NCBI GenBank assembly: GCA_001949185.1
Contig: BDGG01000001.1
Location: forward strand, 7,128,685-7,192,684
Reading direction: 5' to 3'
Length of the DNA: 64,000 nt
Origin: Ramazzottius varieornatus
Taxonomy: Eukaryota > Animalia > Tardigrada
Both the position numbers and the translations under genes were made by a program. Under the pieces are notes generated by a model that worked only from the letters and a program-made list of their open reading frames with translations, made no database searches and was not told the DNA's origin. This document shows positions 46,102 through 57,920 of the stretch, in pieces (positions within the stretch are counted from its first letter, which is position 1; each line of letters starts with the position of its first letter).

Positions 46102-49015
46102 AAAGTACGATGTTCCCTTTTCGAAATTGCATCTTGATTGAGTGTATGAAGAATCGTAGGCAAAATTGCGAAGAAATGAACCACCAGCGTGTGCAACCTC
46201 GACTGGAAACTGGGTGAACCGTTTAGCGGAATTCTTTGCAAAGCCTTTCGTTCAAAACAATGTCGTTTGTTCGTCTTGATACCTTTTCACTGTGCGCTTG
46301 TCATCATCATCGCGGTAACAGAGGTAACAGAAATAAACTAACAACAAGAATGTGGGGTCAGTTTGCGTTGCAAGTAGACTAATCAGAGTCCACAATACTA
46401 TCCCTAGTCCTCCAGCTGTACAGAAGGGCGATATCACAAGTGTGGAAACATAGTCTTAAAGCCGATTGGAGCAAACGACAGCAACATCGACGCCGTCGTT
46501 CCTGCTCATAAATGGCAAGCGAGCACCTTAGGGCTTCATGTCCTTGTCGCCCTCTAGTGTGTAGTACGATAACCGTCTCGCACCACCCTGTAGTCGATGG
46601 GCGGGTGAGTGCAGGCACCTGAACCAGTCAGAGCTCGGGTGTCTCTGGGTGTTCGCTCAGCCGTGCTAGAAAACAGCTGATTCTGTTTCGCCGTTCTTGC
46701 AATCGATGCTGGGGGACTAGGGTATATGGACTCTAGACTGACTGACTGCCACGGGCAACGTCCACACATCACCGACCATACTCTTGATAATATTTGTTCA
46801 TCCCATCATTAGCGCCAATGATGTAAGTCATCCACTTTCATTCCAAAAGGAACGGGACTTGCACCAAGCAAAACATTTTTGGTCGGTTGACAAAGGCAAG
46901 GAAAAAGCAGTCTCTCCACCAAAGTTGGACTCTTTCGAAGAATACACCCGTTCGAGCGCAGTCGACGTCTTGAGTCGCTTGCCGTATTGCATCCTTCTTC
47001 AGATATTGTTCTCTGATGACGTGGCGAAGGCTCTTCGTACCCGCGATCTTCTCTGGCGCACCGAGCTCAATAACACCTATTTATAGCTCCGCTACCATTT
47101 CAGCTGTACAGGACAAAGGACCAGGAAGCGCGTTGTCGGTCCGGTTAGCGGTGGAGACTCATACGGTGTTCTTTAACTACATGGCCACTCAGCTTGCCTC
47201 TACAAACCTTCTCGACATCGACCGCCACGTACCGGACAGGAAGCAAATAGCTCTTGTCTTCATAAAACAGCCTAGCACGACTTTCTTTTTCTCGGAACAC
47301 GAGCCTGTGCCGTGAATCGGCGATGTAATTTGATAAAGCAGTGGTGCAAGACCACTTTGGTGGCCATCGGCCAGTGTAGTTTTCCAGCAACCAAACCACC
47401 AGAGGAACCCAACTTCAGCCCGCTGATGAGTGATGACTACGGTGTCAATATGGGTGTTATCCTACTGTAATACAGTATGTTGCGCACGCTTATAGCTAAC
47501 AGTGGAAGTGTGCGCCACTTGACATCTTGTCCGTTTCGTTTGCCTACCACCTAAAAACTACCCTTTTCACAGAGGCTTTTTATCGAGATAATGGGTCTCA
47601 CATCCGTTAGTGTCAGCCTTGCAGAGCACATGACTAAGGTGGGATGGAAGTTTCGCGGACCGAGCTTTTTAGGTTGCTCAAGAACAAATTTGACAGTACT
47701 GTACGTGTATCCACTACCCGAGTCGATGGTCCAGCAACTTCATAGTTCCTTCCGAAGAAGCTGTACAACAAGGAGTCGCCAGGAAGATTGACGGTGATCG
47801 TGTTTCAGCGAGTAGGGTCTTCAAGATTACGGCACTGTTTTTGGCCTGTGAGCAGTTTGACGCCTGGTCAGTGCGGTGTAGTGATATCTTGACCATCAGG
47901 TAAAGTTGCCTTCTGCATCGATCACTGCTAGGATCAGGTACTTCCACCAGCAATCTCGGAATGCGGTGGACAGCCCGTAGCTCTTGTTAGACTTGTAACC
48001 GAACGCGATGGAGTAGACGACTCTTATGAGGATGTAATTCAGGAAACTCTGTGCTAATGAAGTAAAATATTCAGTCGAATCGGAGCTGTGAGTATCGAGC
48101 TTATATATCGACCAGTACAATCAATTTTGCTTCCGAAGTAGCGTTTTTTGACTTGAAGTTGTCGGCAATATCAAGGGGCATCGTGCGGTAAGTTTGGCGT
48201 ACCTCGCCGTGGTTCAAGGTTCAAAGTCTCTGAAAACTGTTCGCCCTTCTGGGAAGCGACTTTCAAGGGTAACCACTAACTGAAACCCCTTCCAGGGGGA
48301 TGGATGCCAGAACGACTACCCACGCATTTTCATGCTACATAACGTCATCCTAACTTCAAAACTTTCTGAGTGAAAAACTCAAACCCCTTCAGACTTTTCC
48401 GGCGTAGCCATCTGACGACTGGTCAGACGGCCAAATGGACTTCACCATCTTGTTCCGCGATGTCTGCTTCGTAAGATAGCGTTGGCCTTTCAACTTTGCC
48501 CTTGGGGTCCTGAAACTTAAAACTGGTTCCCTGACCAATCTGGTCAGAGGTTGTACTGGGAATGGGCCGCAGCTACCCACATACTGTAGTTATTTCAGCA
48601 CGTGCACGGCGGAAACCTCAAGCATGAGCTAATGGTAATCGAGGTGATCACTACAGTAATATTCAATCTTTTTGCCAGGTGTGTTGCGAGGAGCAGGTGG
48701 AAAGGACCCTTGTACAGGTATCACTTCCGCTTCCAAGCAATACTGAAAGTGCACTTGCTTGTTTCTGTTCTTCATACGAAGCAAAAGTGTGACCCCTTTC
48801 ATGTTCGGAGAGATAGATTGACGAGGCAGACAGCTTCTCGAAAATCTACATCACGAAGTTCGTGTTTAGCATCCATAGCCTTCGTTTAAAACTGTAGCAG
48901 CAACTGGGCCGATCGATTCGTGGAGACAAAGTTCCGAAGACAAAGTTCGTGTGATAGTTCGTGCAGGCAGAAAATTTCGGGAAAGTTCGTGCACCGAGTC
49001 ACTACATACATTTAA

Positions 49016-50243
49016 CACTCATAATACCGGGGGTACAACTCGGTTTCGCAGCGCACGGTTACCTGACCGCAAATCACTTCCCATGCAGCTTCAGCGGTTC
49101 AGTATCTTTTGTTTGGCTATAGTGGCAAGTTCTCTATGACATGTAGCTAGTGACCGCTGGATAAACACTACGTACGGAATTAGAAATATTTAACAAGGTT
49201 CGAGGGCGAACTGCTCCCAGCACATGTTCCAGGTCCTCCTTCACGCGCCAAGCGTTTCAACAGCTAGAAAAAATTCAGAACAACCAACAATCACTTCTTT
49301 ACAACATTATATCTCCAGCGTCCAACTAGCGGTTGTCCAGTGGTCAGACAAAAAATCGCAAGTTGCTCGTGGTGTCCATGACGTCACGAACGATACTACC
49401 ACTGGTGGCGCCGCCAAGGTGGCAAGAAGTAAATTCAATTTTTCAGATTTCTATTTTAAGCATTGCCTTTTGCGAACCTGTCTCTCGATCTTGTCTTTTC
49501 GTCGTACTCTCTCCCTTAACTTCCAAATTTGCGTAATTATGGAAGCAGAAAAGGCATTGGCGACTGCGTTCAATATTCAAGGGTAGGTCACACCATCCTA
49601 AGCTGTACACTGAAAGCGGATTTCCGAAGACGGAATATTGTTGCGTACGTAATATGATCCGAAATCAAGCCTGAGTGGGATCCTATCTTGCTCATACGGC
49701 GCCGTATCTTCCTCCAGGAGATGAGCAAGCAGTTGATGAGATGAGCAAGCATAGCTCCAGCGACGATCAACGGTGGCAAGCCTTTCCTTCGCCATCAAGA
49801 AGTTCATAGCATCCGTGATATCAAATAACAAAGACACGGGCGAAACTGATGGTACTCCCCGAGCTACTGTTTCGTCCAAGAAGTCAACCAGATGCAGATA
49901 CTGTCCCAGAAAGACTGAGCGAAGAACGATGATTGTTTGTGGCTCATGTAACGTTCATGTTTGTGCAGCGCACAGATTAACGAAGCAGAGTGTTGTTTGT
50001 TCAGTTTGCAGCAAGAAGAAATCGAAATAAATGAAGCGAAAAATAAAGTGAAGTACATTGGCGTACCCCGGTCATGTGACGAAACATTACGTTGGTTTTG
50101 CGGAGTAACATTCGCAACTTCATGGGGAGCACCGTGATTGGTCTGTACACGCCTCTATCGTGCTTCCAGCCAGTTAAAAGGCTGCGAAACTCAGTTGTAC
50201 CCCAGGTATTCTGCGAGCATGAAATTGCCCGGTATTACAAGTG
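49016..50243 (+). mobile_element. Internally deleted piggyBac element (1228 bp)
   Basis: TTAA TSDs (49012-49015, 50244-50247); TIR cactcataataccggg / cccggtattacaagtg plus subterminal IR gggtacaact..gtttcgcagc; C-terminal remnant RRRIFLQEMSKQL and Cys-rich domain RCRYCPRK.ERRT...CGSC.VHVC..H; no DDD core. Confidence 0.9.
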
Positions 50244-50564
50244 TTAAATTACCTACCAGCCAAAGGTTTTTCGCGAAGTGCCGTTTCCATATCAGCTTTG
50301 GAATAGAAGATCACTTTCTGAGAGCTACGGAGACGAAGCTTGGGATTAGAAGAACTGAGAATTTGAGATTCACATGACCAAAATTGAAAAGGCGCCATTG
50401 GACGAGCCAGTGGTCAATGCCGGGAAAGTCAATCGTGAATTGCTAAACGGCATGGTGCACCACAACCAATGGAGTGGATCCTCGATTAAGTGGTGGATAT
50501 TCCCACTGTGGGCAGCGGTAGATCGCGTCTCTCTGTCAGGATTTCCAGTTCCATTGCTCGTTGG

Positions 50565-50844
50565 CGGCGATGGACGGGTGATTTACTTAGTGAATTAATC
50601 AAACCACAGAACGGCTTCGCAACATTAAGTGCAGTCCAACTTAGGAACGGCAATCACTCGATCAATATTCCTTATACGAAAAATACCGCTTCCATTGTCA
50701 TTCGAACATCAGGCCTGCTGTTCAGCAAAGGTAGAAGTTGCGCAATGATGACAAAATCGCCCGTTGGACCGGTTCTCAGCAGGTTATAAGTGGCAGTTTA
50801 GTAATTTTTGATATTAGGCCGAGTAAATCACCCGTCCATCGCTG
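50565..50844. mobile_element. hAT-type MITE (280 bp), 8-bp TSD CTCGTTGG
   Basis: CTCGTTGG|cggcgatggacgggtgatttact ... agtaaatcacccgtccatcgctg|CTCGTTGG. Confidence 0.85.
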
Positions 50845-50932
50845 CTCGTTGGTTTGTTGTGGTTTTTCATTTTCAGTTTTCACCTCTTGCTCCGCTCGGT
50901 GTTGCAGGTCTGATTTATCTGACTCGGCGTGG

Positions 50933-52132
50933 ATGATGCTCCGGGGGTTAGAACCGGACTCTGAAGCACTTTTGTGGAAGATGGTTAGTGTGGGAGAATA
51001 TAGGGACGCGATACACTCGTTTCTCAAGCTATGCTCTGGAGCTGGAGAGGAATGGACACCGTTCGAGGTAAGAAAAATCAGAGCATTTCACCATGCTCTT
51101 TCCAGTGTACCTTCCATATAGAGACGGTGTGTTCAAAGCTTATAACCATATGCATCCCCAGGATGATATGGACGAGACACGGCTGATGATCGTCAAGAAG
51201 CAAATCATCGTCGTCGTAAGTTGACAGGACTACATAACGTCTGGGATTAGCTTCTGTGAGGATCTCCTGAGCTTGAAAACTGTTTCAGACTTGTGTTGCA
51301 GGGAGAAGGCAGTGCTGTGGAAACTTACGATGACGTTAATTCTTCTCCTGTAGATACCGTAAGCAAACTTGACAATTGGAGGCTCGACAAAGTCGGACAA
51401 ATACATTTAACAAGTTTGTTCCCCCTAGTGGCGCACGTTTCTAGAAATGTTTGCTGGAAGAGCGCGCCACTTAGAAAACGATCTTGTCAAGTTGTTTAGC
51501 CAAGGCCGTAGGGCCCAGTTGAAGCCTCTTAAGCGAGATTTGAAAAGACAGGGTTATAACCGATAATCCTTTCCATCCTTCCAGAATATTCCACTGTATT
51601 TTGAGTACCATGTGATCTATAACCAGCCCTTCTCCGTACCGCAGCTGTTGTTCACCGCTACTCGTCCTGGTGAATCACCTGATGGCGCACAATAGAGAAC
51701 TACCATTATGAATACTAAACTATTTTATGGTGGTGAGTATTTTATTGTCTTCAGACGAGTCGCTTGTTCCACTCAGTGCGCTTCACGAGTGGGTACCCCA
51801 GTCGCTGATATCCAGCCACTCTGGTGATCAGGGGAAACAGTACCTCTGGGAGACACTCACGCAGATCGAGCATCCCATTCTGCATCGTCCCATTTACGCC
51901 TTGCATCCTTGCCAGACTTCCAGCTTCATCACCCAAATCCGCAAGTTTTCGAAGTAAGTACACTGACTGGTGTTCAGAAAACCAGACAGTAGCTCCAGAA
52001 TTACTGGAATCTCTGTGGCACGCCAGAAACAATGTCGACTGGATTTTCAGAAACTGGTTTTTATCTTGGCTAACTTCGATCGGACCTGCTGTTGGATTAA
52101 AAATTCCTCTCAGCCTCGCCAAAGCCCACTAA
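50933..52132 (+). CDS. ATG10: Ubiquitin-like-conjugating (E2-like) enzyme ATG10; exons ~50933-51067, 51162-51215, 51302-51358, 51585-51669, 51755-51953, 52051-52132
   Basis: EYHVIYNQPFSVPQLLF, WETLTQIEHPILHRPIYALHPCQT (catalytic HPC), NWFLSWLTSIGPAVGLKIP. Confidence 0.9.
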
Positions 52133-52409
52133 AATTTTCATAATATTTTTTTCTGGTGTTCGAGGAATGGAGCTTTCTTATCGACGTTACCGCTGCTTCC
52201 GGTGCAAATTTCGGACTGGTTAGGATAGTTCAATTTCATTCTCGAAACGCAGCAGATTAATGAAGCTCGAAGAAAAACAAATGGCGGATAAAAAACGAAT
52301 TGCATTCGTGAAAGGCTCAATATAATATCACGTTTTTCCAGCTGTCCTCACCCTAATCACTAAAAGGGATGACTATTTGGTATTAAAAGCGATAAGGCTA
52401 ACTTGAAAG

Positions 52410-54993
52410 CTAGCGGAAAGTTTTCTTTTGGATATCTTTGTTGGTCGCCAGCGCTTGTGCCTTCTTCGCCGCCCTGAAGGCCTCCAGCTGCGCCGCGACT
52501 TCGTCCACATCGATCGCCACTTTCGGCGTCGGCATCCTCTCTACTTTCTTCTCCAGCCTCACTTCTTCCTGTTTAGGGGCTGAGCATTTACCGTTACTGT
52601 TCTGCGGAACCTTCGAACGAACAGGCGAGACGTAGCTTCGTTTCGGCGACCTCCTCTCCGATCTACTTACACACCGACCGGAAGTCGACCTGTTTTTCCT
52701 TGAGCGTTCGCTGGAAGGCGTCCTTCTTCTACTGCGACTTCTTTCGGAAGAACGATCGTCCCGAGAGTGACTTCGTTTCGGACGTTTACTGCAAACGAGT
52801 CAGCAGCCCGCACACAGTGAACTGTAATCTGTCCAGGAGATAGCGTAGTGACACGAACCTGCTTGGTTTGTCTTTGTCAGCTGAACTGTCGCTCAACATC
52901 CGACGGAGTTTCTCAGCGGTGGAAAACTTTGGCTTCTCAGGTTCTTTGGCGGAGGCAATGGGTATCTCGATGACGTCCTCCAACAAAGAAGAAGACAGAG
53001 TTTATTGATGGTGTGACTTTGTAATCGGAACAAGAAAGAGCTAACCTGATCACCGAGACGCAGACGTTCTTCGGCTTCGACGGCTTCGGTGAAGTTCGGA
53101 TCCAACCTTAGCGCTTCTTTGTAGTGTGTTAAGGCTCTTTCTGGCTCGCCGGACTCAAACCTATCGAGACAAAATAGTACAGTCACCTTCTTTTTCCGGG
53201 AAAAACTTGCGCAAAGTCACTATCAGCCTTATGACATCATGCGACAAGTATTCAGCAAGTAATTTCTACACCACTGTTCACTAATCGGTTTGTCAAAACC
53301 TTATGAAGGAAGTTTTCGGCGCTGTTACCGTTTCCCAAGGGCGTAGAAGGTGTCAGCCAGGTACTTCCGGGCATTCCTGTGACTTCGATTCATGCTGAGG
53401 GCTTCTTCGAAATCTTTTATCGCTCGGTTGTAGTCTTCCTTCTTCACGAACCTGTAAGGAATAAAGTATCATTCGATGACTTATACTCAAAGTTGGGCGA
53501 CGACGGCTCTATCAAAAAACAGACAACTTACAAAGCGCCTCGTGCGACAAGAGCTTCAATGTTCTTCTTGTTCATTTCTACGGCCTTGTTGAAAGCTTCC
53601 AGCGCGGCTGCGTAGTCGCCTTCCTTCATCCGTTTGACGCCATCTTCCACACTGAAAAATCCACCATCAATCTGAGCTCTTTATGTTACCAGATATGTAA
53701 CAACAAAGACACGTAAGTATGTACCTCTTCATGGACCAACGACAAGATTGGGCCATCGTGAGTTGGTCAGCTCGGTCTTCTGGAAGTATCAGCTTCCCAC
53801 AATACCCGGGCAGGAGCGAATGCCACCTCTCCGACGTGGTGCTGGTCGGAATTTCCAGATGCCCTCGCATCATGTCGAGAAAGCCTGGGTTCTCAAACTC
53901 CCGTTGCTTCTGGATGTATGTGGTAAGGTCTTCGCCCGCTTTCGGAGGATTCCGCAGCGTCTGCCTGAAAATCATGGGAATATATTAGTCATCCCCAAAG
54001 CATCAACTAATCGTTTTCGAAATAAGTCAAAACGCACCGGTGATATTTTGGGAGTTCCTCGTGGGTTACGAGGCCCAAAGAAACTTTCGGGCCATTTTCC
54101 AGCATGTCCTTCTGCGAGATGGACAGGACGATTCGTTCTTCTTTCGGATGGATATCCAAGAGGACAGCTCGCAGTAGGTCTTTCAGTTCATAGTTGTCGA
54201 CTGGGTCCTTCCGGTGGCTGAGGGAAGGAATGTGGTCGGAAGGGATAAAAGCCTGTTTCACACAAGCAAAGAAGTAATCTACTGTCGGTATGAAGAAGAC
54301 GCGACTGTCTTCCCTTAAGTCCCAGATCGTCGATTGTCCGAGCACCATGCGCCCATTCCGTGCCCAAAAGCTTCACGTTAAGACCGGATATGAGTTTTGA
54401 TGTTATGGATACGTAGAGAATGTCCCCTTTCCGTACATCCTGTGAAAGAATGACAGTAATGACAGTCACTTCCGGTCATAAAGAGCATATTTCGTTCTAC
54501 ATCACAAACTTCGATCACCTCGCGCATGATTTAACGAACCTCCATCAATATATCATAGACAGACATTTCGTTATGCGTCTTCAGCCAGAGCAGCTGCTTT
54601 GACAACGCCTGTTTCTTGCGGTAAACGAACGACAGCCATTTTGCGCAAAGGCTAGGTTGTCACCCGTAAAAATGTTCAAGTTACCTGGAGGAATTTGCTG
54701 GTGCGGAAAGATCGACCGCTGGAAGACGACAGGTCCAGGAATTCTTCTAAGGGAGGTACAAGGGAGCAGTATTCTGCAAAGGAACGATTGCACGAGAATC
54801 AGTTTCGGCAACACGGGATAGTTTCGAAGCGTAAGCAACCTTCAACGTTCGATGGTGGCTTCTTCTTCGGAGGGGACCCTGCGCTGTCCACGAGGGTGAT
54901 CGATGGAGGAGAAGTCCATCGAGCAAGCATTCGGATCACATCGGCTTTCCTCTCGGACAACTCATCAATCCTCTGCCGAACCTTCTTGTCCAT
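52410..54993 (-). CDS. TTC14: Tetratricopeptide repeat protein 14 (S1 + TPR + RS-like tail); start may lie further upstream
   Basis: ERKADV, VPPLEEFL, DVRKGDIL...IDDLGLKAF (S1), LGLVTHEELPKYH, FENPGFL, TPRs with EALVARGAL, AIKDFEEAL...RNARKYL; Ser/Arg-rich last exon. Confidence 0.88.
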
Positions 54994-55613
54994 TTCGAAC
55001 AGCGATGTTTCAACCCCAGACACTTAGCTGCAGCTTCACGCAGCACAGGGTACTGACAACCCAAGACAACAGACACGACGGAAGATGGGAAGTAATGGAA
55101 AGCGCCAGGTTGGAAATCGCAAGATGTCCAGATTTCGGAGATGTTGCGTCTAGTACTGCCAGGTAAATCAAGGCGACTTGTCAATCAAAGTTAGTACTTT
55201 CAAGTGCCAATGATGCGGGACAGGTTTGGATCCGGGTGCGTGTAAAAGACCGCGCGGATGGTGGGTGAAATATCTGGTCAATGTGTGTATCGATCAGCTG
55301 AGCGCTATGACATGACACATAACAGCCAAACCGGCGCCTACCGGGGGATTCTTTACGCGGACCCAGACCAATCTTGTCCCACTTCATTGGCACTTTAAAG
55401 TGCCAATTGCGAAACTTCCGCAATTGAATTGATCTACTGAATCCTTGATTGGACGTTGAACCGTGGACTTCAAGTTCAAGTTTGACATCTCTCCTTCGCG
55501 AATCGGAATCTCGAGGAGTACGACCGGACCCGTGGGTTGATTTGTTGAAGATGGACGATGCATCTAGCGGGATGATGGTTGATGGTAGAAGTGCGACGGT
55601 GCTTAACGGCCAG

Positions 55614-57554
55614 CGGACAAGAACGCGTCGGCGCAAGACCGCAGCAAGTGGAAAGCGCCGGAACCATGTACGAATTATGACGAGGCAGTGGAATTTTACA
55701 AAGATCATGCCCAGGACGAGAAAACCTCGACCCCAATGATGGTAGCTGATTTTGTTTTCCGAAAACAGATTGAGTGGATGATGGAGAACACTAGCGTTTG
55801 CGATGATTTCAATGATGGGGCACAAAAGATCTGGTTTAGGTAAGCCAGATTAAAACTGTAAACAATTTCGAATTACTGGCTGCCATTTCTGACGTTATCA
55901 AAGTTTACATCTTCGAGCGTGAAAATATTTGAGCTGTAGCAGCAGCGCGCTGACGTCATGCGTTATTCGATGGAAAAGTATGCAGTGGTGTTCTTGTTGC
56001 AGTTATTTGAGCCATTACATGCCAGATTTGAAGAACGGAGTTGAGCGGGAGCTGGGTGGTAGCGAGTACTGGCATCTGGCTTTCCCTCGTGTCGAACTAC
56101 CGGTATTGCTCAATTGTTCCCGCAAGGATCTGAAAAGTAGACTGCAAGAACTGCGACGGAAGAAAGCGCCGACAGCAACAGGTGGAAACGAAACGACGAA
56201 CAGATTCAACATAGATTACAGCGACCTTCAACTCAACATCATCCACGGCAACTTCAAGCATTTCCGACCGACCTGCCCGTCGCTGATTGCAGTCCTTGCG
56301 ATCGCGCTGCACGTTTGTCAGGAAGAAATTTTGCTCAGCGATCTTTTACGATGGGTGCGTCTTCTGAAGCTGCCACTGATCGACATGCTACCGGATAGAG
56401 CGTCTGCCTCGCCAGCAAAACTCTACGGTCTGATTGAAAATTCTCGCACCTTGGACGGCATCAGCCACTACGCTGAATTAGAAAAGAATGTAACTTGGAT
56501 GGCATCTGTCTTGTTGGGCAAAAGCTTGACGGAGCTACCGGGCATACCGGTGGCGCCCATTGTGGAACGCTTCATCGAGGAACTCAATTCACCTTCCGAG
56601 ATGATTCCGTTCGTCATAAGTGTAGCAGAAAAGAGTGAGATATCGGAGTACCACATCAGAACCGGATCAGTCAAACGTATTTCTTCGGCGTACAAACGAG
56701 GCAAGAACGTGGAGAGCCCGGTGATGAGTTGCATCTTTCACGTACTACGAATACTCTTCGTACTGGACGATTCCACCGAGAATCGCGTCAGCCAGTTCAT
56801 CTCCAATCTACAAGACATGATACCCGCAACGCCTTTCTTCAACTTTCGAGTCTGGCACCAGCATTTAATGCACCGTCGAGCTGTTCTCTTTCGTCATACC
56901 TTCCTCTCACGACAGAACCGTAACTCTGCGGCACATGTGAACTTTACCGAGCGTAACCACATACCGTCGTCCGTTTATGAACTACGAAGACCTCCCCGAG
57001 GCGCAATCAAGAACAGACAGGTAGCAACCATGTATCACGATCTCCGCTTTAGACTGCAAAGGGATCTTCCAAAACCTGTCAATGAAGGTGCTCAAGTCTT
57101 CATCGATCTGCCCGTACCAGCGCGGCCGTATCGAGCCCATACCGAAGCCCTTTCCCAACATTATCCAGAGCTGGCGGTTGATTTCAGCAAGCATACAATC
57201 AAGCATTCGCTGAGTGAAGGTATAGAAGGATGGGTGGGTCCTCATGAACGAAAGCGCGAAGATATATTGGTGGAAGTTGCGGCGTTGCAGCTTGCTCGTG
57301 CGGATGCCTACAAGGATATGCGGTTGATTCGTCACTTCAAGAACCGCGATGAGAACCGGAAGGTGCTAGTTGACGAGGAGAACTTGCCCAGAGTCGTGCG
57401 GGACTTGATCAGAACGATGGCTGATATGATTGACCAGTTCCCGGGCTACCTTGTTGGCAATTTGGTTTATCTAGAGCTAGCATTCTTTCCACAGCTGGAC
57501 ATACGGAAGAATATTCAACGAGCTCGCAAAGCCAAAATAACAAAGACGCTGTAG
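55614..57554 (+). CDS. TAF1B: TAF1B/RRN7-like RNA polymerase I initiation factor; exons ~55614-55839 and 56003-57554, 5' end unresolved
   Basis: FVFRKQIEWM...KIWF-SYL, LIAVLAIAL....EILLSDLLRWVR..KLP, PIVERFIEELNSP, CIFHVLRILFVLDDSTE, FNFRVW. Confidence 0.75.
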
Positions 57555-57580
57555 ATTAACATGTTTTATTCTTTTTCGTA

Positions 57581-57920
57581 CGAGGTAAACGACATAATTC
57601 GGGCATAAGGGTCTCTCACTCGTAATTCGGGCATATTTTTTCTCAGCTCTTGCTGCGCGTAATGAACTGCTTCTTGCTTCCTGAGGTAGACCGGTCCCTC
57701 TCCTCGAGGTATCAATAGGTTTGAGAACGACAAAGCGTTGTGGAGCACGGGAATTTGGCCTGGGAGAGGGATGGATCTGTCCAATGTCAAAAAGCCTAAT
57801 GTTGTATCAACAGGCGTACGATGAGAGATGAATCAAGCGTTGACGATAATGTTCCAACTTTTCGCGTTGCCCGAATTATGGTGCGAAAATCGGTATGCCA
57901 GAATTATGTCGTTTACCTCA
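57581..57920. mobile_element. Mariner-type MITE (340 bp)
   Basis: TA|cgaggtaaacgacataattcgggcata ... tatgccagaattatgtcgtttacctca|TA; same CGAGGTAAA end as 25330. Confidence 0.8.

Noticed and set aside
47890-48010. YLILAVIDAEGNFT as a Harbinger-type DDE fragment
   Set aside because: Only one short motif; the flanking conserved motifs are absent
55205-55219. C-Q-UGA-C as selenocysteine or readthrough
   Set aside because: The UGA is not at a Cys position, no consistent splice path includes it, and no SECIS is identifiable
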